A stretch of 56,124 nucleotides of DNA from Macrostomum lignano (Eukaryota). A program made the position numbers and the translations under genes. Shown piece after piece: positions 43,401 to 56,124 of the stretch. The stretch covers positions 1-56,124 of the forward strand of contig NIVC01000959.1 in assembly GCA_002269645.1 (NCBI GenBank). The letters run 5' to 3'. Under the pieces are notes generated by a model. It was not told the origin of the DNA. It ran no database searches and worked only from the letters and a program-made list of their open reading frames with translations. Within the stretch, counting starts at the first letter, position 1; every line of letters starts with the position of its first letter.

Positions 43401-45893
43401 AGCCGTGTTTTTTTTAAAAAACTAACAACTTTCCAAGGAAAGAAAGTTCGCTGATTTCTTTCCAATCAAACAAACAATTAACTGTGCTCTGAAGTAAAAC
43501 AAAGCTTTAAAAAAAGTAAAAATTATAACGATTCAAAAATAACCTGCCTAGTTAACTCTATATAATATGGCGAATTTCCTAGCTGTACTACTTGCCAGTA
43601 GCGAGAAGTCATCACTACGGTAATAAGATGCTCTGCAGTCAGAAATGAGACACGCCCTTCTATTGTAATAATATCTGTTTCAATAACCGAAGCGACTTGA
43701 GTCCAGCTACCCACCTGCAGCGAGGCGCTGCGCAGAGCGAATCTGCCTTCCTACATGTGTCAGTTTGAATGGGGAAAATGAGACAGATTTGTTCACAGAC
43801 TATCTTCTAATCCCGATTCGATAAAAACGAAAAAAATATATAACATGATATGGAGACACGTGGCTGACAACACAGGGGATATAGATATTATGATTATTTA
43901 AATAATATTCGACATCTGTAATAATATTTTACGACAATATGATGCATACGATTCGAGTGCAGTAATAAGTAAAATAGTAACACAACTTAATAATAATAAT
44001 AATAATAATAATACTAACAAACACAAAACTGTGTGGCACTAAACTTTAGTACGTGAAACAAAAACTCTTCCGCATTAGCCTAATTTATGCATAATAATAA
44101 TACTAATAGTAATAATAATAGTAAATAATAACACACACATATAGAGACGTGCCGCAAGGTACACAACCAAAGAGGACAATGATGATTGACAGGTAGCGAT
44201 AATGTGTGTGTTTTGCTGTGTTGGGTAAGTCGGTTGTGGTTCTCTTGATAATGCTAGGCAATATTCTCTTTAATAAAGTAATACGCAATTACCTCTTTGG
44301 CCTAGAGCGCAGCGAAAACGGATGAAAGAAAGAAGGGGCAGCAATGTAAAATTATGAATTAGTTTTAGGCAAGCGATGACTGTTAAGCCTGGTGTGCACT
44401 CACTGAAGCGCCTGCGTTCAACACAGACCACTATCAGACTGCTCAGTTGCAATATGCACCAAAGTAACTTCCCGTAGAAATATTTGCAGCAGTTAAAAGC
44501 CCGACGGACACTGGGGATAGCGGCAACCCATACGGGACACACTGGGGATAGCGGCAACCCATACAGGACAACTGGAAATAGCAGCAACCCATACAGGACA
44601 CACTGGGGATAGCGGCAACCCATACAGGACACACTGGAGGTAGCGGCCACCCATACAGGACACACTGGGGATAGCGGCAACCCATACAGGACACACTGGG
44701 GATAGTGGCAACCTATGCAGGACACACTGGGGATAGCGGCAACCCATACAGGACACACTGGGGATAGCGGCAACCCATACAGGACACACTGGGGATAGCG
44801 GCAACCCATACAGGATACACTGGGGATAGCGGCAACCCATACAGGACACACTGGAGGTAGCGGCCACCCATACAGGACACACTGGGGATAGCGGCAACCC
44901 ATACAGGACACACTGGGGATAGTGGCAACCTATGCAGGACACACTGGGGATAGTGGAAACCCATACAGGACACACTGGGGATAGCGGAAACCCATACAGG
45001 ACACACTGGGGATAGCGGAAACCCATACAGGACACACTGGGGTAGCGGCAACCCATGCAGGACACACTGGAGGCAGCGGCAAACCCACACTGAAGGACAC
45101 ATAGCCTTGCATACAGTTAAAGAATAGTTAAACAAAAGCAATACCAATTAGTTAAACAGTTAGAAAGCAGACAAATTACAAATCTGGGACAAAAACCCAA
45201 GGCCCAGAAACAGCACTCACCCTGGCATAGCTAATCTGCAGTTTGCCATTGCGCAGAGAAGTCTTGGTCAGAGCCTCCAACGCCAGCTGGGCCTGGGTCT
45301 CGTCGCGGAAGTCAACAAAACCGTAGCCTGATGAAGCGGGAGGGGGGTATCCCGGTAGAGAGAGGGAGTGCGGACAGATTTGAGACTGGGAAAAGAGCCA
45401 AACATGCGTAGCTGGCTGACGCATGCCTTGACTGCCGCGAGAACTCTTAGTAACACTAAGAAATTTAATTGGAAGCTCACGAGGCGGAAAAACTGGAACT
45501 GGAACTGGTTGACTGTTTAACTGGCAAACAGACTCAGGGGAAGGAGAGCTGGAGAGAAGTAGCCAAGGCTGGGGAGATGCAAACTGTAGCGGATTGAAGT
45601 ATTGATACGAGAGAATGAGAACAAATAGGCAGGGAATTGTGAAAAAGAAAAGATGTCAGGGTACTGGGAAAAAACTAAAAAGATAAGCCGGAATCTAAAG
45701 CACTAAGATAGATAGATAACACTGTCTCATAACATAGAGATACTAAGACACAGACAGACAAACAGGCAGGTTGGCAGACAGACTGATATAGACAGATAAA
45801 GACAGACACAGACAGACAGACAGACAGACGGACAGACAGGTTGGCAGACAGACTGATATAGACAGATAAAGACAGACACAGACAAACAGACAG

Positions 45894-45960
<67 letters not shown>

Positions 45961-45980
45961 GGCAGGCAGGCAGGCAGGCA

Positions 45981-46041
<61 letters not shown>

Positions 46042-46329
46042 ACAGACAGACAGACAGACAGACAGACAGGCAGGCAGGCAGGCAGTCACAGGCAGACAGA
46101 ATGACAGGTGCCGCTCACCCTTGCACTGTCCAGTCTGCTCATCCAGCACGGCCTTGGTGGAGTTGATAGCATCGCCAGGAATGCTGGCATTCTCGGACAC
46201 CAACTGGCGAATGGTCTCATCCGTATCGGACGGCTGCAGGCCCCGGATGTACAAATTGGTGTTGCTCTTCCGGTCGTTCTCGCCGTTGCCAGGGGAAGTG
46301 TTGCGCGAGGATGCGCTTGGCTGGATCAT
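40465..46329 (-). CDS. shep: RBMS/MSSP (alan shepard-like) two-RRM RNA-binding protein, ~412 aa; upstream exons may exist
   Basis: Exons 46329-46119, 45327-45221, 41875-41165, 40674-40465 (1239 nt, phases consistent). RRM1 SNTNLYIRGL...STKAVLD...CKGYGFVDF; RRM2 DPTNIYIKNLP...GAGFIRFE...PLEAKLAD; Q/A/P/Y-rich C-terminus. These match the RBMS/shep signatures. Confidence 0.9.
40790..41102 (+). repeat. Degenerate minisatellite built on GACTTGTCACTCC
   Basis: Direct inspection; shep last intron. Confidence 0.9.
42080..42425 (+). repeat. 24-bp minisatellite (GGTGATTCCCTGGGGGAAGCTAGA-like) with a higher-order duplication
   Basis: Direct inspection; the block gatggaagctagcaactcc...atcgaaggtaaagttgatttcctgatggaagctggagg occurs twice. 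Confidence 0.92.
42868..43302 (+). mobile_element. MITE-like element, copy 2 (in a shep intron)
   Basis: Same TIRs and interior as 37131-37573 (e.g. cttgctaattggttcagcaataatgtacattagccagtccactgaaatgtacatgg). Confidence 0.75.
44505..45085 (+). repeat. 31-bp minisatellite (CACACTGGGGATAGCGGCAACCCATACAGGA), ~18 copies
   Basis: Direct inspection; shep intron. Confidence 0.96.
45745..46098 (+). repeat. (GACA)n/(GGCA)n compound microsatellite
   Basis: Direct inspection; shep intron. Confidence 0.96.
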
Positions 46330-47572
46330 GTTCTGCAGGCGGGGGGGGGGTTGGTGGAAGGAAGGGCATATTAGATAGTTCTCGCGCTTCAAAAGATTAA
46401 AAAATCGAGGGAGCGCTTGTCACACAGAGATGCGAATAGCTAGTAGTAAAAGAGAAAAAAAAAGCAGAAGACAATCCAGCAGCAGCAATGGAGAGAGTGA
46501 CAATTGCAACGAGTAAGAAATGAATGCGTGTTAGATGAGGAGAGAGCAGGGCCACACACACAGGCAACAGTGTTTCAAATTCGCAGTGAAAGAAGAGAGT
46601 TGGGGCGGTGGCCCATTGCTAGCAAGCTGAGCGAGTGTGAGTGAGTGACGCAGCAAAAAACAGCATAGCAAAAGCAACACGAGCCTGGCAACTCCGCGGC
46701 GCCCCACCACCGCGGCACGCAGCCGCAGGCTGCACTACGAATTTATATTACAATACGCATATACTACTAAACTAGCAAGGCTAAAGCCTGGAGGTTTGAA
46801 GAACGCATTTCTACTAGTCAATATACATTATATAATTTCTTCTCCTGCTCCTTGTACAAGCACTAGAAATTCATTTAGGCTTTGCAGTGGGAAAGTGACA
46901 GAGAAGAGAAGAAATTCTCATTTTGCGGCCAGTCAGGAGTGCCTCCACTATTGGAGAATGAAGCGAAAGAGAGAGTGAAAATATACTTTCTCTCTCTCTC
47001 TCCGGCTTCAACAACTAATCATCTCTGTTGTTAAGTTTCGCGTAGATGAGCATATAAGACCCATTGTTGACTTTTACGTCTAAGCCGCTCTCGGCCGGCC
47101 GGTCACGCGCGGCAACCACTTTCCCTGTCTTCTCCGCTGGATTTGGATTGAATCCAAGCGGTCAGTCTTTCACCCTTGGGGCAACTTAATATTTACCCAG
47201 CTGGATGGCACAAATTTTATTTATTTCTTCGTTTCCGTCAAAGGAAATTCTGCGCACAATGCTGAGGGGAGAGATGCTCGGGCTGGGGCAGAGAGAATGC
47301 TAGTTGGGATAAGACACAGACATGGCGCCTCAATCGCTAGTTTGACTTTGATAACAGTTTCTATTGCAATTAGTTAGGAATCTAAGGCACCTCTCAGTCT
47401 GTGGTGGACACTGTGAGCCGAGACTAGATAAGACCAAAGGCGTGAGAAGCGAGCACGGAGAGACCCCGCCCACCCCCAAAAAAACTCAAAGAAACAAATA
47501 CAGAGCTGTTAGATATCTACTAATATCTATGCAGATTTTGAGTGACAGAGACTCGCGCACAGACAGAGGAGA

Positions 47573-48142
47573 CCAGTGTGGGAGGAGCGCCGGAACGGCA
47601 CCAGAGTGTGGTCGTTTTCTAAGCCAACGGTCAAGCATTTTTGAAAGTATATTCCAGCGTGGGAGGAGCGCCGGAACGGCACCAGAGTGCGGTGGTTTTC
47701 TAAGCCAACGGTCAAGCATTTTTGAAAGTATATTCCAGCGTGGGAGGAGCGCCGGAACGGCACCAGAGTGTGGTCGTTTTCTAAGCCAACAGTCATTTTT
47801 TTTGAAAGTATATTCCAGCGTGGGAGGAGCGCCGGAACGGCACCAGAGTGTGGTCGTTTTCTAAGCCAACGGTCAAGCATTTTTGAAAGTATATTCCAGC
47901 GTGGGAGGAGCGCCGGAACGGCACCAGAGTGCGGTGGTTTTCTAAGCCAACGGTCAAGCATTTTTGAAAGTATATTCCAGCGTGGGAGGAGCGCCGGAAC
48001 GGCACCAGAGTGCGGTGGTTTTCTAAGCCAACGGTCAAGCATTTTTGAAAGTATATTCCATCCAGCGTGGGAGGAGCGCCGGAACGGCACCAGAGTGCGG
48101 TGGTTTTCTAAGCCAACGGTCAAGCATTTTTGAAAGTATATT
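47573..48142 (+). repeat. 81-bp satellite, 7 near-identical copies
   Basis: Unit CCAGCGTGGGAGGAGCGCCGGAACGGCACCAGAGTG(T/C)GGT(C/G)GTTTTCTAAGCCAACGGTCAAGCATTTTTGAAAGTATATT. Confidence 0.97.
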
Positions 48143-49671
48143 CTTGCGGTTTCAGAACCAGCAATTGAAAAGTATCTTTCTCTATTAGGAAATACACGAC
48201 TGAAACTGGGCAATGAGTCTTCCGAATAAGCAGAAACTTACTTGCAACAGGTACTGTAGTCCGCCATTATCCTTCAACGAATCGTGGTTCCAATCCATCC
48301 AGGAACCAAGGGACAGGGAATCAAGGGGATAAAACAGAGTCATGCTTTGGGATTAGCGCTGTGAGATAAGGACAACAGGAAAGACGGGCTCCGTTAGCAA
48401 GAAGATTCCCTATTTGATGGAGGAGCTTGTTAGAGCAGAAACGGCTAATGGGGAGGAAAATAAAATGTGGAGTATTATAAGAATGAGGCGGGCTAGGAGC
48501 AGAGAAGACAGCTTTTAATACTGGCCTGAGGCGGAGGCGGCCGTGGCGCCCATGCGGTCTCCCTCCGTTCCGTCTCTGCTTTCGCCTCAAAGCAGCCAAC
48601 CTCAACTGGAGCCTGCGACTGTGTGCGCCTGGTCGCCCCCCCCCCCAGGAACACTGCAGGGCATGATTGGGCGTCCCACTCTTCCCTCTTCTCTCTCTCT
48701 CATGCTCGCTAAGGCAAATATTTGTTTGAATTACATTTCTGTCTCTCTTCTTAACTCGGTCTCGCTCGCTGGCTCGCCTAAATGCAAGGCTGGCCAAAAT
48801 GCTCTTAGTTGAATGCATACATGCATTCAGTCACTCATTGGGTGGGCGCCGCGTTCGCACGCACACACACTGACACGCGCGCGGTCCTGGGGCCTCAATA
48901 AAAGCCGGCAAATATAAAATAATAAAGCCGGAGCTGGGGCCACACCCGGCCTGGACTGGCACAATGCCGCTGCACAAACAGGGAAAGCCAGGAGGGATAA
49001 CAAGGCTAGAAGAGATGAGGTGAGAGAGAGAGCTAGTGAAAGCAGAGAGCAGAGCCAGAGTGGGGGTCAGATTTCTAGGCCATAAATTTGCATTTAGGCT
49101 TCGATGTTGCCAACTCTATAACAAGCACAAGAAGAAAAATAGAATCTGAAAGTTGAAGTAACCAAAAGCAGCAAATGCTAACCTCCCAGTTTCCTAAACT
49201 GGCAAGTGAACTAAAAAGTTTGGCTTCACAGGCGGTGTGCTAATCGGGAGATTAAACGGGATCTGATGTCCATGTGATCTTTTACTCTTACATTTTTCAT
49301 ATATCCATATTTGGTTATACGAGCGTGTGTAGAGGAGCGATAGTTTTATGACCAGGTTGCGAGAGTGAGTAAGGCGTGGAGGCAATGAATAAATAAATAT
49401 GAAAATGCGCGAACAAGCTTATTGCGCACAATGCCTGGCATTAAAATTATTCGATTTTCTACTATTCCAAGCCGTGTTGGCGCCAAGCTAAAGGCTTTGC
49501 CAGGATTGCTAACTAGGTGCAGGAGATCTTATTACCTTTGCTGTTTTATTGCGTCCTAATATAATACTCTGTTCGAATTCATTTTCTAAATTTACTTTTA
49601 TGAGCATTAAGAAACAAACTACTCGTTTTAAAGTAGTGAATAGAAGTTGTGAAAGATAGAAAATAAAAAAT

Positions 49672-49955
49672 ATCTTTAGCGCGGTTCAGGGGGCGATTCT
49701 TTAGCGCGGTTCAGGGGGCGATTCTTTAGCGCGGTTCAGGGGGCGATTCTTTAGCGCGGTTCAGGGGCGGTTCTTTAGCGCGGTTCAGGGGCGATTCTTT
49801 AGCGCGGTTCAGGGGCGATTCTTTAGCGCGGTTCAGGGGGCGATTCTTTAGCGCGGTTCAGGGGCGATTCTTTAGCGCGGTTCAGGGGCGGTTCTTTAGC
49901 GCGGTTCAGGGGCGATTCTTTAGCGCGGTTCAGGGGCGATTCTTTAGCGCGGTTC
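49672..49955 (+). repeat. 25-26-bp minisatellite (GATTCTTTAGCGCGGTTCAGGGG(G)C), ~11 copies
   Basis: Direct inspection. Confidence 0.96.
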
Positions 49956-52900
49956 AGAGACGATTCTTTGAAGCAGTTCAGGGGGTGATTATTCAATAAT
50001 TTATCGATAGCTAGGAGACAATACTCAACTACGGTTAATCGAAATCTAAAAGCCAATGAAATACTCGCTGATGGCTAGATTATTATTATTAAAAGCCGAT
50101 CCCGCCCTCGCTCGCTCGCTAGTCGCAGCAAGAGTCACGCTAACTTAAACACCAAGAGCTTACCCTTCTCCATTCCGCACTGACGGACTTGGCCCTGTCT
50201 GGCCCCGCATTGCCACTTCAAATGCAGAGCAATCAATCTTTACCCGGGCCGGCGGGGCCGCTGGAGAGAGAGAGAGAGAGAGCTCTCCACTGAGTCCAAC
50301 TGCCGTGTGCTCGCAGACGGGAAGGCGGAGAGCGGCAAGCGGAGCAGCGGCGAGGAGGTAGGGAAATCAAATACTCAAGGAAGGAAAAGGGGCCAGAAAA
50401 AGGAAACTATGCAGGATGAATAGGGGGGGGGGGGTAGAGTGGGTGGGGGGCAAGGGGGACAAGGGCAAAGAATGAGAACGATAGCTGAAGCGAAGGATGA
50501 GGAGGGGTTGGGAGTGGGAGAATGGGAGAACAGTGCTTTACGACGGCACACTCGATTGTGTGTGTAGGCAAGGAGAGGAACAGGGGAAAAGTTGAGCGGG
50601 TTGCGGCCGCTCTGCTTCTTTCTCCACTTCCTCCACCCTCCGGTCTTAAGCTTAATTCTCATATTTCTCTAGTCAGTCGTGCTCCGCTGCTGTCCACCCC
50701 AATGTTAGGCAAACCCTTTCTTTCTTGCTTGTGAAAGGAACTGGAGAGTGGGAACGACAAACTCTCATTCATATAGGCTATCGGCTCTATCGCATTGGGA
50801 CGCAGAAGATGAACGGTGAAAAATTAAGTGTAGAGTTTTTACATAAGAGGGTTAGCAACCCAGAAATAATTCCTCTCTAGGGCGGATTTTGTGGACAATA
50901 GAGAAGGGCAGACAGGAGGGTGGGGTGCAAGTGTTTGTGCGCACAATGACGGATCGGAGAAAGTTCTACACCCCCTCCCATCCAGCGTCCCATTCTCCCG
51001 CCGGCGGCGCTCCCATACTGGTGGGCATAAAATCGGCTAATTATGCCGAGCTATTTTAGCCTAGTAAAATATAAATCATTGCAAGCGACCGTGGCATTTT
51101 TGTAGGCTGCAAAAGCATCGAATGGAGACCTATGGCAGCCGGCAAAGAACACTTTTCCGTCTTAGTTCGGCCCGCCTTACCCACCTGGCAGCGGTTAGCA
51201 TCGGTGCCGCATCTGCCAGGCCGTGGCGGCGGCAGCAACCGGTGAATCAATAAACCCAGAGGACCAAGGATGGGAAGTAGTCAAGATAGGCCCCGGTCCC
51301 CAGAGCAATTTTTCGAGGCCTTTGGTAAAGCAGGAAATTGGGCAGGTAGGGTGGAGGTAAAAAATAGGGGATTAGCTTTTTGGTCGTACGTTGTTTAGAC
51401 GGAAAAATGGGAGGGAGGCTGGAGGGAATCGCAATCGCAATGCCAGAATTTAACCAAACGCTATCGCGGACGGTGGCACGATTGCGCAGCATAGTATATT
51501 TATCCCGGCACCAGCCAGATAGAGCTGGGAGAGAGGGAGACCGCAAGCAATTACTGCCTGTCATTGCAAAGGGTGCCGCATACATGCACATATATACGAG
51601 ATACTATATATACATATGAAGCATCGGATAGATGTTATGGAAAAAGCAGATATAAGTTGGCGGCCTCGGGAGCTGAGGAGCGACGGTTCTGGGCCGGGGG
51701 AATTGGGAAAGAATTATCGATCACCGGTTGACACGATACGCCAGGGATGGGACCAAAGAGACAGACTAGACTAGCGAGAGAAAGAGGACTGGATTTGGTT
51801 TCGTTCAACTGCGGCCGGTCGGCCTGGGTGTAATTATTATAATCAGACCCGATGCGGTGGTGAGACTGGCTGAACTCCGCGCGCAGCTCTTGCGAAAGCG
51901 GAAGCCCAGAGCTACTGATCAAAACTGCGCGGCACCCACGAGGGGTAGGGAGGCGAGAAGGGGAGACAAAGCAGGAGATGAGCGGAGGACAACGAGGCAA
52001 CGGAGAGCTGATCCCAGCGCATTTTCCACTCAGATGGGCATTCAATTTTAAACCTATGCGCTGGACAGGAAGAAGCGAAGGGAGAGAAAAATGAGAGAGA
52101 AGATTGTGTTACAATTTTTCTTGGCGTAATTGCCACCCTGCCTTCTCCACAAGCCGTTGCGCTGCATGGCGTGCCTAAAGCCGCTTTAATTTGCGCATGC
52201 AGCCCCCGTCAATATGGACACACGGAGCTTCAGGGACAGACAGTCGAAGCGCAACCACGGTGGGGTGCAAAGGGCTAACTTGGCAACCGAATAATGCTCC
52301 CCTTCCCTAGTAGATAAAAGGGAGAAAGTCCCGTCTCAGGCCAAGCAGAAAAACTGGGCCTGCGTGATGAAAACAGCAAGTTAAAGCCGAACAAGGAAAG
52401 CCAAGGCTGTCGAGCAGCGAAGCGTTCATTCCTGGGCTCCTTCTATGCTCAATGTTTTATTATTCAAAGTCATGCAGCGTGCTGCCTGAGTAGGAAGGAG
52501 TCAAGCCACCTTGACCCCACAGTGGACCTCCCTGATGTGCCTCCGGATGCATGAATAAAAATGGCTGTGTCGAAAACAGAAGCAAGAGACTGTGGAGAGC
52601 TAGCCCCGGCACGAGGACAACGCTGTTCAGCAAGGCAGAAGACAATAAAATGAATAAAGAAAACTGCTGGTCACCAGACTGGAAACTCTGCGAGGAAAAT
52701 CCAAAGGGTGGACAGAAAGCCGCGGGGAACAATTCGATCCGACATGTCGCTGGGAGGCGCAAGAGAGAGAATTGAGAATGCAGAAAGGGAATGATGGAGA
52801 GAGAAATGGAGATAAATATAGGGAGACTGGGGAGTCTGGCCAAAGCTGGGAAGGATTGAATTAAGCGAAATGAGATAATGGGGGAAGAGGTCCAGCGGGA

Positions 52901-55900
52901 GAGACGAGGCAGTGCGCCATATAGTCGCCTGAACGGCGGCATATCAAGCTGCGACACGCTGGGCACCCTTGCTCTCTCGCTCGCTGCTGCCAGAGCCTCT
53001 TGTCCAACCAATTTGAATTTCAAATGGACTCTGATGGAGGAGAAAATTGTCAAGCCAAAAGCCGAAGCTTAGCCGCCGATGCCTACGCCGACTCTCAAGG
53101 CCCCTTTGAGCGCCTCACTGGTCCCTTCAGTAATCCACTTAAAAAATGCCAACGTTTGGCCGACGACCCTCAAAGCCGGACCAGCCGCCATAAATTTAAT
53201 AGACAGGGGCAGCGCACCGACACTCAGACAAATTGATTTTACTGACCGGCCGTTCGCTTCCATTTCCCTTTCCGCAGCCGCCAAACGCAAACCTTAAAAC
53301 CGATCCCAGGTTTGCATGGGGGTCTCACTGGGAGCTGGCTGCGGATGGAAGATAGGACAGCTAAATGCAAAACGGGAGGCTCCGCTGGGAGCAACTGACA
53401 CGGGACAGCTGGATAGAGCGGATATCCGTCAAAGCCAGATAAAGCAAGCGACAGAAACAGGAAATTATAACTAAACTAATGACCCGAAAGTTGACGCGAA
53501 GCTTTACATTCATCCGTGCATGATTCAGATTTATTCACTTACCATGGCCATTAAGGGCAATCGAAATCGCAAGTCCGTGATTGGTAGCGCAAAAGCCGGA
53601 CAGATTTCTTGATGACGACGCTTCATAACCATAACAGGCGGACAATTGGAGCAGAGGCAACTACTGATAACATTCAGCGCAGCGGAAAATTCGATTTTCA
53701 CCCCCTTACTTTATTTTCTTTACGTTGCTTTCTGTTTTTTTAGCGTCGTCTCGTTGTGCTTTGAGTACAAGGGAGCCTTTCAACACAGCGAGCGGGTCGG
53801 CTTGAGCAGATTTAGGACTAAGGCGTAGCACACCTAGACGATATATTGACACAAGTGGCGCGTGCAGAAGGAGATTTTTTGAGACCACTGGCTGTTGCCT
53901 CGTCACGGATTCGTTCAGCAGATTGGATTAACTAGGTAGGCAGCGCTGGGAAAGCAACTTCCGCGGCAGTGGATCGGAGAGAGAGGGGAGCTTTCACCCA
54001 GTTGCAGAAATCTAGCCTGAATGAATACCCAAGGACGACGCGCAGCAGATTGCAGGGTAAGCGAATGGTAGCAGCGCGCGGAGCTCTTGGATTTTTCGTT
54101 TCAGACTGGGACTGTTGCGCGATCGTTTTGCTGCAATCGCCTCTGAGATTGAATAGCACGGAGCACAAGTTGAAAGTGAGTGTGCGGCTGCTTCACGCCC
54201 GCGCCTCGGAATTTAATAGCAACAGTAAGATTCGTTTTTTATGCGAAACTTTCTTATAAAACGATGCTCAGCCTAGCTGCTCGTTTAAATCAGGCGAAAT
54301 TTAGAAGGTTGCCGTGAAAAACTGACGAAGTAAAATTCAATTAGCAAGTCTATAGGCCGGCAGTGCAGAACCGTTCCAGGGAGGGGGCAAGGTGCCTTCT
54401 ATATGTTTAAAAAAATAATTGCGCTGATTTCCAAGCAAGCAAGGGCCGGGCCCAAAAAAGGTATGAACAATGACGAATGGTCTTTCTGCTTTTCGTTGTC
54501 TTTGCACGAAAAAATTAGTTGATAATGTTTGCGCCAGCTAATGTAGGTATATGCGCTTATATTTATACTGCGCAGCGGCTATGTCCAATAGAATTGCTTT
54601 CTCTTTCCCTGCAAATCGACGCAGGAGAGATTCAAGCTGGCTGTAAAACCGCTGTTGGCGGTCTCTGGACTGCTGGACCAGTGAAAGAGCGGCTCGTTAG
54701 TCAAAGTCGAATTGTAGCCAAGCGATTGTTGAGAAGCTGCTGACTGGTGCACACAATTGGCGAGGGAAACTAAAGATATAAAACTGAAGGGGAAAATTCT
54801 CCTATGTCAGGGACCAAGGCTTCCTCTCCTCGCCAGCCCGAGGATACGGCAAATATACTCCCCATCTCTTCCCAACTCGTCCTCATCCCAAAGCACAGTC
54901 CCGAGGGGGACCAGACCCTATGCCCCCCTCCCCCATGCCCGACCCAGGAACTGACCAATGATGCGATGCCGTTCAATGAATCGCCCCTCTCGTACTTCCA
55001 AAAAAAGATTTCAAACGCGCGCAGAACAGAGAGCGCCCCCTCTCTATGTCTCCCCTCTGCCTGCATTGCCACCATCGTGTAGAACCCTCTTGAGGCTAGC
55101 CAGCAATGATGGCGCGCTCTGGAGGAGGGGATGGAGGCAGTGAGTCTTGGGTGGAGACAGGCACCAAGGCTTCGCTGTATTATCTGCGGCCCCCCAGCAG
55201 CCTCCAAATCCAACAAAGCAAACTTGAAGCTTGAGTCTGCAGTGGATGGCATGCACATTGTTGTTATTATTCGCCAAGAGAAACGCCCGACCATTGTATG
55301 ATGATGTTCATTTTAAGCCTATTCACAAACAAGCGCAGCATCCCGTCTCCATTACAGAATACAGAGATAATACAGCAAAGCCAATTCACAGGAGACAAGC
55401 GAGTAATAATAGAGGGGAATATGAATATGGAAAATACATACACAGATGCGTCCCTGTTGTTTCAAATAGCTATACTGAAACTGGATACACTCCGGTGCAG
55501 GATAGTTAAGGGGCCAACCTCCGGGAGTTTAGACAGGACCAAGGGCCCACGAGAAATACTAGAAGATGCCAGCTGGCTGAGATAGCGCGGATTAAGAGGC
55601 AGAACCGGCCTGCCAGCCCCCATTCCATCTGTCGTAATCAGCAGCTCCATTTGACAGTCTAGGGATAGCAGTTAAGTCTTTTTTCTCTCGTCTCAACCAT
55701 CCCCAAAAACTACATGAGCGTCGGTTTCTACTCGGATCCGACCGAATCTATATAACTTATTCGTCTCCCCCCCCCGCCCGCCAGCCCCGGACAGGCGCGC
55801 TTATGGCCGCGGGGATTGGCAAAGAAAATTGAGAGACAAGACAAGAATAAGCGCGCCTGAGCATATCCCCCGAGCATCCGAAGCTGACTTAGAGCTGGTA

Positions 55901-56124
55901 TTCTCCTTTCCTTCCTTCCAGCCCGAATGCAAATCAGACAGTGATTTAATTCCGCTAAGGCTTTACCCAGGGCTTATTTGGTCCGGCTTCTTGACTTACT
56001 ATACTCGTGGGCGGCCCTCCCGCATTTTGTTGTACGAGCCTAAAAGCGCCGCATTCTCCGCCTGCCTGTGTTAGAAATCGGAATGAATCAGGGATCCGAC
56101 ATAAGCTTTTCTTTTTTTTTGCAC

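Noticed and set aside
47573-48142. CRISPR-like regular array (also considered for the 31-34-bp arrays)
   Set aside because: Units are contiguous with no unique spacers, there are no cas genes, and the context is intron-rich eukaryotic DNA.
52460-55294. Assorted 60-200-aa ORFs (e.g. 52460-53053, 54770-55294)
   Set aside because: No domain motifs, they lack the GC3 bias of the real genes, and several start at non-ATG codons.

Overview
Eukaryotic (not prokaryotic) genomic window: GC3-rich spliced genes separated by AT-rich DNA packed with micro- and minisatellites. This landscape is most like a macrostomid flatworm such as Macrostomum lignano; that is an inference and the organism cannot be proven from the window. 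By hand-splicing I reconstruct seven genes: (1) a 7-exon P2X receptor (+, 413-7680) carrying three 1-bp indels; (2) a 2-coding-exon orphan class A peptide-type GPCR (-, 12926-9856) with a probable GC-AG intron; (3,4) two paralogous signal-peptide prohormone genes (+, 20049-20453 and 24398-24688) sharing KR-QTDAW[S/N]GH; (5) a NAT16/HISAT-like GNAT acetyltransferase (+, 26929-29611) with a candidate 12-nt microexon; (6) an 11-exon periostin/TGFBI-like EMI+FAS1 protein (+, 31730-36935); (7) an RBMS/alan shepard-like two-RRM protein (-, 46329-40465). Mobile DNA: three copies of a ~440-bp MITE-like element (one split by a ~1.2-kb solo-LTR-like insertion with a GTAT target duplication) and two tRNA-derived SINE-like copies. 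About 25 tandem arrays explain most long ORFs in the supplied track. The most novel-looking system is the pair of prohormones encoding a peptide family I do not recognise (pQTDAWxGH..., GPELIIDRLD x4, GPEMLLQRHLS-amide x2), lying about 7 kb from an orphan peptide GPCR whose exons are bracketed by inverted arrays of one repeat family. All exon boundaries are manual predictions, repeat boundaries are approximate, and no database search was run.
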